A DNA stretch of 64,000 bases. It comes from an uncultured delta proteobacterium. GTDB lineage: Bacteria > Myxococcota > Myxococcia > Myxococcales > Myxococcaceae. The translations under genes were made by a program, and so were the position numbers. Below are positions 52,135 through 60,282 of this stretch, piece by piece. Each line of letters opens with the position of its first letter. The stretch's first letter is position 1. Below the pieces are notes generated by a model that had not been told where the DNA came from, did not search any database, and saw only the letters and a program-made list of their open reading frames with translations. The DNA lies in contig CAVZMH010000020.1 in NCBI GenBank assembly GCA_963776345.1, positions 64,001-128,000 on the forward strand, in the 5' to 3' direction.

Positions 52135-52251
52135 CGCAATCGATGCGCCGCCGGGTGTCCAGACCCGCAGGCCCTGCAGCGCCGTGGGGCGCGAAACACC
52201 GTCCTCCCCTGGGTACAACGAGGGAGCCACCGCCGTGGCTCGACCGATGCA
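52135..52251 (+). promoter_or_regulatory. Sigma54-type promoter with tandem enhancer boxes, upstream of CBS gene
   Basis: CGCA-ATCGA-TGCG (52135), CGCA-GGCCC-TGCA (52166); TGGCTCGACCGATGCA with GG-N10-GC at 52237-52250. Confidence 0.72.
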
Positions 52252-52284
52252 CGATCTGGCCTCGACCCCGGAAGGAGGTCAGCC

Positions 52285-52758
52285 ATGCGCGTCGAGGACA
52301 TCATGACCAAGCAGCTCGAGACGTGCCGGGCGGACGATTCGCTGTGGCACGTGGCACGGAAGATGTGGGACCACGACATCGGGTGCCTGCCAGTGGAGGG
52401 AGCCGACGGGCGAGTGACCTCGGTCGTCACCGACCGGGACATCGCGATGGCGGCGTACCTCCGCGGCAAGCCGCTCGCCGAGCTCAAGGTCTCCGAGGCC
52501 ATGTCGCACCGGCTGGTGACGGTCCAGCCCACCGACCCACTCCGCGTCGCCGAGGACCGGATGCGCTCCGAGCAGGTGCATCGCATCCCGGTGGTGGACG
52601 CGCTCGGGTTCCTCAAGGGGATGGTGACGGTGAACGACCTGGCGCATCACCTCCGGACGCTGAAGTCGCTGGAAGGCCTCGAGCCGGCGGAGGTGGCCGG
52701 AACGGTCGCCGCCATCAGCAGCCCGCGCTCGGCGGCCTCGGGGACCGCCCAGGCCTGA
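52285..52758 (+). CDS. CBS-domain protein
   Basis: AGGAGG RBS; VEDIMT, IGCLPV, VVTDRDI, HRIPVVD, MVTVNDL. Confidence 0.92.
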   Translation: MRVEDIMTKQLETCRADDSLWHVARKMWDHDIGCLPVEGADGRVTSVVTDRDIAMAAYLRGKPLAELKVSEAMSHRLVTVQPTDPLRVAEDRMRSEQVHRIPVVDALGFLKGMVTVNDLAHHLRTLKSLEGLEPAEVAGTVAAISSPRSAASGTAQA

Positions 52759-52796
52759 TCGGTGCGGGCGGGCGCGGACCCGCCGGCCCCTGATGC

Positions 52797-53906
52797 TCAG
52801 AGCGTCCGTCGTTCGGGCCGCGCGGCCACCTCACCCACCGTGGGTGGAGAGGCCATGTGCCTGATGGCTGGCGCGACCGAGAGGACGAACGCGCCGAGCA
52901 GGCCGAGGGCGACGAGGAGTGCCCGGGGATGGATCGGGAGCAGCGCGTCCCCCGAGCTCAGGGAGGGAACGACCAGGATCTGGAAGACGAGCCAGATCCC
53001 GACGAGCTGCCCGACCAGCACGGCCGCGAGAGCCCGGGGCGAGGACTTGCCCACCGGGTGCAGCAGTGCCGCGAAGGGCGCCGCGAAGACCAGCATCAGC
53101 ATCGTGAGCCCGGCCCATCCCCAGCCCCCCTGCATTCGCCGGAGGAGGAACCCGGTCTCGTCGGGCAGGTTCCCGAACCAGATGGTGAGGAACTGCGCGG
53201 CGAAGAGGTAGCTCCAGAAGACGGTCACCGCGAGCAGCAACGCGACCGCGTCGCTCCGGTCGGAGGGCGAGAGCTCGCCACGGGCGAGCCCGAGGAGCAC
53301 CAGGAGGTCCGCACCGGCGAGGAAGGTGCTGACGAAGACGAACGGCCCGATCACCGTGCTCCCGAAGACCGGATCGGGGCCGAGCACGAAGTCGAACGCC
53401 CAGATCGACAGGACGATGGTGTAGCCGATCAGGAAGGTCACCGCGGAGGCGAGCGCCAGCTCCGCGGGCGGTCGGGAGCGCGGGCCGAACCAGACCCACG
53501 CCGCGCCGAAGAGCACCGTGCCGAGCACGATCTCCCGCGCCACCAGCACCGGCGGGGCGAGCCAGCCCCGGCTGCCGGCCACCCACGGCGCGGTCTCGGC
53601 GCCCGCGAGGACGACGACCAGCAGCGCCAGCGCGACCGGGGCGAAGACCACCGGTGCACGCCCGAGCGCCACCAGCGCTCGCGCCCAGCGGGCAGGGATG
53701 ATGCGGAACATCGCCCCGAAGGCGACCGCGCCGAGCGCGCCACCGGCGAAGAACATCCAGCTGGCGATGAGCGTCCCGTAGGTGCCCGGGCTCCGCCCTC
53801 CGCCGAGCCCGGAGAGGAATGCCGCCGCGCCGGCCACGACCGCACCGCCGGCCACCGCCGCACCCCGCCGACCGACTGCAGCCTCGAGGTCCCGTCCCCA
53901 GCTCAT
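52797..53906 (-). CDS. actF: Alternative complex III subunit ActF-like membrane protein
   Basis: Multi-TM; AFDFV...P.FGSTVIG, FWSYLFAAQFLTIWFGNLPDE; last gene of the act operon. Confidence 0.8.
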   Translation of the reverse strand: MSWGRDLEAAVGRRGAAVAGGAVVAGAAAFLSGLGGGRSPGTYGTLIASWMFFAGGALGAVAFGAMFRIIPARWARALVALGRAPVVFAPVALALLVVVLAGAETAPWVAGSRGWLAPPVLVAREIVLGTVLFGAAWVWFGPRSRPPAELALASAVTFLIGYTIVLSIWAFDFVLGPDPVFGSTVIGPFVFVSTFLAGADLLVLLGLARGELSPSDRSDAVALLLAVTVFWSYLFAAQFLTIWFGNLPDETGFLLRRMQGGWGWAGLTMLMLVFAAPFAALLHPVGKSSPRALAAVLVGQLVGIWLVFQILVVPSLSSGDALLPIHPRALLVALGLLGAFVLSVAPAIRHMASPPTVGEVAARPERRTL

Positions 53907-54427
53907 GGCTGCTGCCCTCCCTGTCCGGGGCCGCTCGTCCCGGTGCAGCCCTCGCGCTGCAGCGCCCGGACGAAGGCGACCAGGTCCCAGCGGTCCCTGG
54001 CGCTCGTCCCCTCGCGCATGGAGGGCATGGCCTTCCCCCCCGCGATCAGCGTGCCGTAGAGGTACCCGTCGCTCCGGCGGCAGATGGACAGGTGGCGAAG
54101 ATTCGGAGCGGGCGGAAACTCCCTGGAGACCGGGCCATCTCCCTTGGCCTCCGGGCCGTGGCAGGGTGTGCAGAACCGGGAGAAGAGCACCTTCCCGTGG
54201 GCCTCCGCTGCGGAGTCGAAGGGCGCGGGAGGCCGCGCGTCTTCCACGTCGTCCCGGTCGGCCACCGTCTCCACCCCGCCGAGCGGCACCGCGCCCTCGG
54301 GAGCCGGCCTGGCCTCGGTGAGCGGCTGGAGCGAGGGCTGCTGCTCCATGCTCGCGGGCCAGAGGAAGCCACCCGACGTGCACCCGGAGAGCACCAGCGC
54401 GCCGAGCACCACCGGGCGGAGGTTCAT
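53903..54427 (-). CDS. actE: Alternative complex III monoheme cytochrome c lipoprotein ActE
   Basis: Lipobox LSGC, CTPCHG...GDG, DG.LY..L..G..AMPS, DRW.LVAFVRALQ. Confidence 0.83.
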   Translation of the reverse strand: MNLRPVVLGALVLSGCTSGGFLWPASMEQQPSLQPLTEARPAPEGAVPLGGVETVADRDDVEDARPPAPFDSAAEAHGKVLFSRFCTPCHGPEAKGDGPVSREFPPAPNLRHLSICRRSDGYLYGTLIAGGKAMPSMREGTSARDRWDLVAFVRALQREGCTGTSGPGQGGQQP

Positions 54428-54918
54428 GGCCTCCCCTCCTGCAGCGCGCGGAGCACCGCGGCGGCCAGTGGACCCTCGAACCGCTCTGCCGGCACCACGA
54501 CCACGATCTGCTCGCTGTTCACCGCCGCCCTCGCCGCGGCGGCCACCCGCCGCCTCGCTCCTGCCGCCAGGAGGACCAGGGCGATGAAGTTCGCCGCCCC
54601 GGCGAAGAGCATCGTCAGCTCGAACATGATCACCCCGAAGGCGGGCCAGGCCAGGATCGGCTTGCCCCCGACCACCAGGCCCAGCGAGCGCGAGGTGAGC
54701 GCCTGCAGCAGCGCCGCGCAGGTCAGCCCCGTCACCGCGCCGGCGAGCGCGACCTTGCCCAGGACCGGCCAGGGTCCGGGGCGCCCGGTGAGGTGGACCA
54801 CCGGGAAGGGCGCGGGGCTGACCACCCGTGCGTCGGTCACTCCGGCCTCGTGGAGGCGCCGCAGGGCGCGGGCCGCCGCGTCGGGGTCGGCGAAGAGGGT
54901 CACCCGCGGCTCAGGCAT
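54424..54918 (-). CDS. actD: Alternative complex III subunit ActD (DUF3341)
   Basis: SPAPFP, LVVGGKP...WPAF.VIMFELTMLFA; two TM helices. Confidence 0.85.
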   Translation of the reverse strand: MPEPRVTLFADPDAAARALRRLHEAGVTDARVVSPAPFPVVHLTGRPGPWPVLGKVALAGAVTGLTCAALLQALTSRSLGLVVGGKPILAWPAFGVIMFELTMLFAGAANFIALVLLAAGARRRVAAAARAAVNSEQIVVVVPAERFEGPLAAAVLRALQEGRP

Positions 54919-56245
54919 GGCCGGGCTCCATCCCGGGCTCGTGGGCCGCGGCGTGCTGCCGCTCCATCGTCTCGGCCACCGAGATCGAGGGGAAGATCTT
55001 GATGAAGAGCAGGAAGAGGGTGAAGAACCAGCCGAAGCCGCCGAGGCAGATCAGCAGCTCCGGCACGGTGGGGCGGTAGAACCCCCAGTTCTGCGGCAGG
55101 TAGTGGTGGGCGAGGGTGGTGACGATGAACATGAAGCGCTCGAACCACATCCCGACCGAGACCAGCACCGAGATGATCACCAGCGCCGGGAGGCTCCGGC
55201 GCACCCGGCCCCAGAAGCAGGCCAGCGGCGCGACGCTGTTGCAGACGATGACCAGCCAGAAGACCCAGGCGTAGGTTCCGGTGGGCCGCCAGCGGAACAC
55301 CTCGGCCTCGGCCTGGCTCCCGTGGAAGAAGGCCATGAAGAACTCGGTGGCGTAGGTGAAGGTCATCACCAGCGAGGCCGCCAGGAGCAGCTTGGAGAGC
55401 ATCTCGAAGTGCTCGGGCCGGATGTACCGCTCCAGCCGGTAGCCGCGGCGCAGTCCGGCGAGGAGCAGGATGGCCATCGCGATGCCGGAGAAGATGGCCC
55501 CGGCCACGAAGTACGGGGCGAAGATCGACGAGTGCCACCCCGGCATCACCGACATGGCGAAGTCCCAGGAGACGACGCTGTGCACCGAGACCGCCAGGGG
55601 GATGACCACCCCCGCGAAGATGGGGTACGCCTTCTCGAACAGCGCCCACTCCGCGTCGGTGCCGGAGAAGCCGAGCGACAGCACGCGGTAGAGCGGCCGC
55701 CGCCATCCCGTCACCCGCCGGGCCAGCATCGCCAGGTCCGGCAGCATCCCCATGTAGAGGAACAGCGCGCTCACCGTGACGTAGGAGCTGATGGCGAACA
55801 CGTCCCAGGTGAGCGGGGAGCGGAAGTTCGGCCAGAGCTGGCGCTGGTTGGGGTAGGCGAGCACGAAGTAGAAGAGCCACGAGCGCCCGATGTGGATGAT
55901 CGGGTACAGGCCGGCGGTGAGGATGGTGATCACCGTCATCGCCTCCGCCGACCGTCCGATCGCGGCCCGCAGCGGCGACCGGGCGAAGAAGAGGATGGCC
56001 GAGACCAGCGTGCCGGAGTGGCTCACGCCGATGAAGAAGACGAAGGTGGTGATGAGCGCCCCCCACATCACCGGCTCGTTCAGGCCGAAGACGCCCAGGC
56101 CCCGGCGGAGCGCCAGCGACCAGGCCACTCCTCCCACCACCACCAGGCCCGCGGAGAGCCCGAGCCCGAGCCAGTAGCGCCAGCTGGTCCGGGACATGGT
56201 CCCCACCATGTCGCGCTCGATGCGGGTGAGGTCAGGGGCGTCCAC
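54911..56245 (-). CDS. actC: Alternative complex III quinol-interacting subunit ActC (NrfD/PsrC family)
   Basis: WG..I.TFVFFIGVSHSGTLVSAIL, R.AEAMT, HIGR.W, NFRSPL.WD, SVHSVVSWDFA, WHS.IFAPYFVAGAIFSG, GMWFERF. Confidence 0.92.
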   Translation of the reverse strand: MDAPDLTRIERDMVGTMSRTSWRYWLGLGLSAGLVVVGGVAWSLALRRGLGVFGLNEPVMWGALITTFVFFIGVSHSGTLVSAILFFARSPLRAAIGRSAEAMTVITILTAGLYPIIHIGRSWLFYFVLAYPNQRQLWPNFRSPLTWDVFAISSYVTVSALFLYMGMLPDLAMLARRVTGWRRPLYRVLSLGFSGTDAEWALFEKAYPIFAGVVIPLAVSVHSVVSWDFAMSVMPGWHSSIFAPYFVAGAIFSGIAMAILLLAGLRRGYRLERYIRPEHFEMLSKLLLAASLVMTFTYATEFFMAFFHGSQAEAEVFRWRPTGTYAWVFWLVIVCNSVAPLACFWGRVRRSLPALVIISVLVSVGMWFERFMFIVTTLAHHYLPQNWGFYRPTVPELLICLGGFGWFFTLFLLFIKIFPSISVAETMERQHAAAHEPGMEPGHA

Positions 56246-56246
56246 G

Positions 56247-59003
56247 TCAGGCCTTCTCTCGTCTGCGGGCGAGGTAGAGCACGCCCGGCTGGGTGTTCAG
56301 CTCCTCGAGGAGCCGGTAGGCCCGGCCGTCGCGCGCGAGGCGGGAGATCTCCGAGTCCGGGTCGTGGAGGTCTCCGAAGACGATGGCCCGGGTGGGGCAG
56401 GAGGCCGCGCAGGCGGAGATGACCTCGCCGTCGCGCACCTTGCGGTTCTCCATCTTCGCCTTCTCCTGCCCGGCGGTGACCCGCTGCACGCAGAGGGTGC
56501 ACTTCTCGCTCACCCCGCGCTCGCGCACGCTCACGTCCGGATTGAGCCCCAGGCGGGACAGCCCGTGGTGAGGCCAGTCGAAGAAGTTGAAGCGGCGCAC
56601 GCCGTAGGGACAGTTGTTCTCGCAGTACCGGGTGCCGATGCAGCGCGGGTAGATCTGGGCGTTGAGCCCCTCGCGGGTGTGGTACGTGGCGAAGGTCGGG
56701 CAGACCACCTCGCACGGCGCGTTGGTGCAGTGCTGGCACGAGAGCGGAAGGAACGACGGCTCGACGCCTCCCGGCCGCGGATCGAGGTAAGCGTGGATCC
56801 GCATCCAGGACATCGACCGGCCGCGCTGGACCTCCTCGGCGCCCACCACCGGCAGGTTGTTCTCGACGTAGCAGGCGGCGGTGCAGGTTCCGCATCCCGT
56901 GCACCGGTCGAGGTCCACCGCCATCCCCCAGCGGTGCTCGGGGTGCTCCACCGGCGAATACATCTGGGGGAGCGGATGGCGGGGAGGCAGGCTCGGCTGG
57001 GCCCCGCTCACGCTGCGCGCCAGCTCCCGCCCGTGCTGCTCCGAGGAGCCCTCGACCAGCGACGAAGGTTTCCTCTCCCCCGTGCGGCGGGCGGTCACCC
57101 GCACCTCGAGGCCGGGCGGGCCCTCTCCCTCGAGCAACCGTGCAGCGTCGGGCGCAGGGAGCGCGGCCACCCCGGCACGGACGCCCGCGGTGACGTGCGC
57201 CGGCAGGGCCACCTCGCCGCCCGGACCGCTCAGCGCCACCACGTCGCCCTCCTGCACACCCAGCGGTGCCGCCGTGCTCGGATGGAGCTCGATCCAGCCC
57301 GTCCACGCATAGCCGGACAGCGGATCGGGGATCTCCTGGAGGAGGGCGCTCCGGGGGACCCGACCGTCGAGGTGGCGGAGGCCGGGCATCGCCAGCAGGG
57401 TGAGCCCGCCGGCCGGACCGCGGGACTTTGCGGGTCCGGGGAGCTCGGCGAGAGCGCCCGAGGCGAGCGCCACCGGAACGGCAGCCGCCTCGCTCAGCTT
57501 CAACCCGTGCTCCCGCTCCTTGACGTCGTAGGCCGCGCGCACCACGTCGGCCCAGGTCCCCTCGGGGAGCCCGGCGGTCCGTCCCAGCGTCCGTGCGGCT
57601 CCGAGCAGCATGTCGGCCGCGGCGCGGGTGTCCAGCACCGGCGTCATCACCGGCTGCTGCACACCGGTCACCCCTGGCCGGGCCGGGGCGTCTCCCCAGG
57701 ACTCGAGGAAGTGGTGATCCGGCAGGACCAGGTGCGCCCGGCCGGAGGTGTCATCGAGCTCCGTGGTCAGCGCCACCACGAAGGGGATCTGTCCGAGGGC
57801 CGCGGCGAAGCTCGGGTGCCCGCTGCCGATCGGATCCGCGTGGTGGAGCACCAGCGCGCCGATCGCCCCCGCGCGCGCCTGGCGCGCCAGCTCGGCCAGG
57901 TCCCACCCGGGCGGCTCCTCCGGGCGGGAGAGGAAGGCCAGGGCGGCGTTTCCCAGCAGCGCGTTCAGGACGGTCACTGCCTCGGCCAGCCGGCCCGCCT
58001 GGCTTCCGGCCAGGGCGCGTCCCGGCCCGAGAACCAGCCCCGGGCGATGGTCGAGCAGCGCCTGCGCCAGCCCCGAGATGCGCTCCGCGGTCAGCCCGGT
58101 GCGCGCCGCGACCGTCCTGGGGTCGAAGCCGGCCAGCCGCTCGCCCAGCGCGGCCCCGAGGTGAGGCGCGAGGTCCGGTGGGGGCGCCCGCTGGAGGACC
58201 TGACGACAGAGCCCCAGCACCAGGGCCAGCTCGCTCCCCGGCTCCATCGCGAGCCACTCGTCGCACGAGGCGGCGGTCAGCGACAGCCTCGGGCCCACGT
58301 AGATCGAGCGGCCACCCGCGGCGCGCTGCTCGGCGAGTCCCCGGGCGGACTCGACCGGCGAGCCCTCCTCGACGAAGTCGTCGCCCACCGAGAGGATGAG
58401 GCGGGCGGCCTCGAGCCGGCGCACCGGCACCGCATCGGACCCGAGCGCCCGCCGCTGTCCCTCGCGGAGCCAGGGACGCGCGGTGGGCTCGAACACCGCC
58501 CGGTGCGCCGGGGGCTGTCCCAGCGCTCCGAGCCAGGCGGTCAGGAAGCCCCCGAGCAGCCCCGGCTCGTGGCGGGTGAGCACCACCACCGCCCTTCCCG
58601 AGTCGAGGGCGGTCTTCAGGCCGCCCGCCAGCGCCTTCTCCGCCTCGGGCCAGCCCGTCGGCTTCCCGGCCGCCCATGGACTGGCGAGCCGGCCCGGACC
58701 GTAGAGCGACTCGATGGAGGCCTGGCCGGCGGGGCAGAGGCCTCCCCGGCTCACGGGATGCTCCGGGTTTCCCTCCACCATCACCGCCCGTCCCTCGCGC
58801 ACCCGGGCCGTCATGCCGCAGGCCGCGGGACAGGCGCGGCAGGTGGTCCGGTACCACCGGGCCACCCCGGCGACCGCGTCGTCCGGAGGCGTGACGTAGG
58901 GCACCATCGAGCGTGGCAGCCGGCTCTTGCATCCCTCGACCAGGCTGGTGCCCAGCACCGTCGCCGCCGAGCCGAGGAACGTCCGTCTTCCCAGTCGCTT
59001 CAT
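56247..59003 (-). CDS. actB: Alternative complex III subunit ActB (molybdopterin-oxidoreductase-like + Fe-S fusion)
   Basis: Tat motif RRTFL; HFLESWGD; C-terminal CTGCGTCTAAC, CQHC..APCE.VCP, CIGTRYCENNCP, EKCTLC...ACAASCP. Confidence 0.9.
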   Translation of the reverse strand: MKRLGRRTFLGSAATVLGTSLVEGCKSRLPRSMVPYVTPPDDAVAGVARWYRTTCRACPAACGMTARVREGRAVMVEGNPEHPVSRGGLCPAGQASIESLYGPGRLASPWAAGKPTGWPEAEKALAGGLKTALDSGRAVVVLTRHEPGLLGGFLTAWLGALGQPPAHRAVFEPTARPWLREGQRRALGSDAVPVRRLEAARLILSVGDDFVEEGSPVESARGLAEQRAAGGRSIYVGPRLSLTAASCDEWLAMEPGSELALVLGLCRQVLQRAPPPDLAPHLGAALGERLAGFDPRTVAARTGLTAERISGLAQALLDHRPGLVLGPGRALAGSQAGRLAEAVTVLNALLGNAALAFLSRPEEPPGWDLAELARQARAGAIGALVLHHADPIGSGHPSFAAALGQIPFVVALTTELDDTSGRAHLVLPDHHFLESWGDAPARPGVTGVQQPVMTPVLDTRAAADMLLGAARTLGRTAGLPEGTWADVVRAAYDVKEREHGLKLSEAAAVPVALASGALAELPGPAKSRGPAGGLTLLAMPGLRHLDGRVPRSALLQEIPDPLSGYAWTGWIELHPSTAAPLGVQEGDVVALSGPGGEVALPAHVTAGVRAGVAALPAPDAARLLEGEGPPGLEVRVTARRTGERKPSSLVEGSSEQHGRELARSVSGAQPSLPPRHPLPQMYSPVEHPEHRWGMAVDLDRCTGCGTCTAACYVENNLPVVGAEEVQRGRSMSWMRIHAYLDPRPGGVEPSFLPLSCQHCTNAPCEVVCPTFATYHTREGLNAQIYPRCIGTRYCENNCPYGVRRFNFFDWPHHGLSRLGLNPDVSVRERGVSEKCTLCVQRVTAGQEKAKMENRKVRDGEVISACAASCPTRAIVFGDLHDPDSEISRLARDGRAYRLLEELNTQPGVLYLARRREKA

Positions 59004-59016
59004 CCTCGGGGCTCCC

Positions 59017-59661
59017 TCAACGGTGGCAGACCACGCAGTCGCGCCGGACGTTCCTGTCCTCGTGGCAGGTGAGGCACCGGCCCATGGTGAAGGGCTCGTC
59101 CTGCCGGACGGTCCCCATCGTCGCGACGTCGCCGTGGCACTCGCTGCAGGCGACGGGCTCGCGGAAGTGCAGGTGCACCTGGTGGGTGAAGCGGACGAAG
59201 TCGGGAAGCTCGAAGACCCGTGTCCAGCGGAGCGGCTGGTCCGCGCGCACGCGGGCGGCGAGCACCTGGACCGCCGGGTTCTCCTTGGCCACGAACTTGT
59301 GGCAGCCCATGCACTTCTTGCCCGAGGGCAGACCGGCGACCGGAGACCGGACCGCGTCGGCGTGGCAGCTCAGGCAGGGGATGGCACAGTCCCCGGCGTG
59401 GACCCGGTGGTCGAAGGGGATCTCGTCCACCGGGGCGGGCGTGCCGGGAGGCCCGAGCACCACCTGGATCGGCGGGGCCGGGCTCGACGCGGCCGGCCCC
59501 CCTTCGGGCTCCGGTGCGCACCCGCGGCGGGTGCGCGACGAGGCTGGAAGCGGTGTCCGAACTCCCGCCGGCGGGGCGAGCTCGTCCGGAGTCGCTGGCT
59601 GCTGGCAGCCGGGGGCGGCCGCCAGCACGGCGAGCAGGAGCCCGGCGATGAGAGGCCGCAT
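59017..59661 (-). CDS. actA: Alternative complex III pentaheme cytochrome c ActA
   Basis: Five CxxCH (CLSCH, CMGCH, CSECH, CLTCH, CVVCH); PFDHRVH, LPDFVRFTHQVH, TMG.C; lipoprotein-like signal. Confidence 0.88.
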   Translation of the reverse strand: MRPLIAGLLLAVLAAAPGCQQPATPDELAPPAGVRTPLPASSRTRRGCAPEPEGGPAASSPAPPIQVVLGPPGTPAPVDEIPFDHRVHAGDCAIPCLSCHADAVRSPVAGLPSGKKCMGCHKFVAKENPAVQVLAARVRADQPLRWTRVFELPDFVRFTHQVHLHFREPVACSECHGDVATMGTVRQDEPFTMGRCLTCHEDRNVRRDCVVCHR

Positions 59662-59669
59662 CCCGTCGT

Positions 59670-60257
59670 TCAGCGCTTCAGCGTCAGGTTCTGGGTGACG
59701 GTCTGGCCGGCCGCGACGGTGATCGGCTTGTCAGGCGCCTTGAGGTGGGAGTTCCAGACCGCGAGCTGGTAGGTGCCGGGTGGCACGTGGGCGATGGTGA
59801 AGCCGCCCTTCTTGTCCACCGCGGCGGCGTACGGACCGGGGGCGACGAAGATGAAGGCCAGCATCTCCGGATGCATCGAGCAGAGCTGGGTGTATGCGCC
59901 CTCCTGCTGGAACTTGTACGTCCGCTCCTCGTCCTGCTTGAAGCTCCCGAGGTTGTATCCCTCGCCGTCGGGTGAGTAGACGTTGTGGGCCACGTTGTCG
60001 TGGTTGAGGAACTTGACGCTGTCCCCCTGGGTGATCACCAGAACGTGGGGGACGAAGGTCATGGACTTCTGGTCCATCGCCTTGGTCTCGGGAGTCCTGG
60101 GCGGGGCCTTCACGCCCTTCAGGTAGACCACCGTCTCCTCCAGGTACTTGGAGGGCGTCACCTCGACCTTCCCGGTGATCGTTCCGTCGGCGGCCAGCGC
60201 CGAGGAGGTCAAGGCAAGAGCGGCGAGGGTCAGGAGATTGCGCATCGATGTCATCAT
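59670..60257 (-). CDS. Periplasmic cupredoxin (type-1 blue copper) inserted in a carboxypeptidase-regulatory-like beta-sandwich
   Basis: Signal peptide; FVPHVLVI..GDSV.F.N.D...HNV...CSMHPEM gives a His/Cys/His/Met ligand set. Confidence 0.82.
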   Translation of the reverse strand: MMTSMRNLLTLAALALTSSALAADGTITGKVEVTPSKYLEETVVYLKGVKAPPRTPETKAMDQKSMTFVPHVLVITQGDSVKFLNHDNVAHNVYSPDGEGYNLGSFKQDEERTYKFQQEGAYTQLCSMHPEMLAFIFVAPGPYAAAVDKKGGFTIAHVPPGTYQLAVWNSHLKAPDKPITVAAGQTVTQNLTLKR

Positions 60258-60282
60258 TTCCTCGTTTCCTTCAGGATGGGTT

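Noticed and set aside
56247..59003. Catalytic molybdoenzyme (nitrate, polysulfide or formate type)
   Set aside because: Fused to an ActB-type Fe-S domain inside an actA-F operon; lacks the basic residue after FS0, and I could not recognise a Mo-ligand segment.
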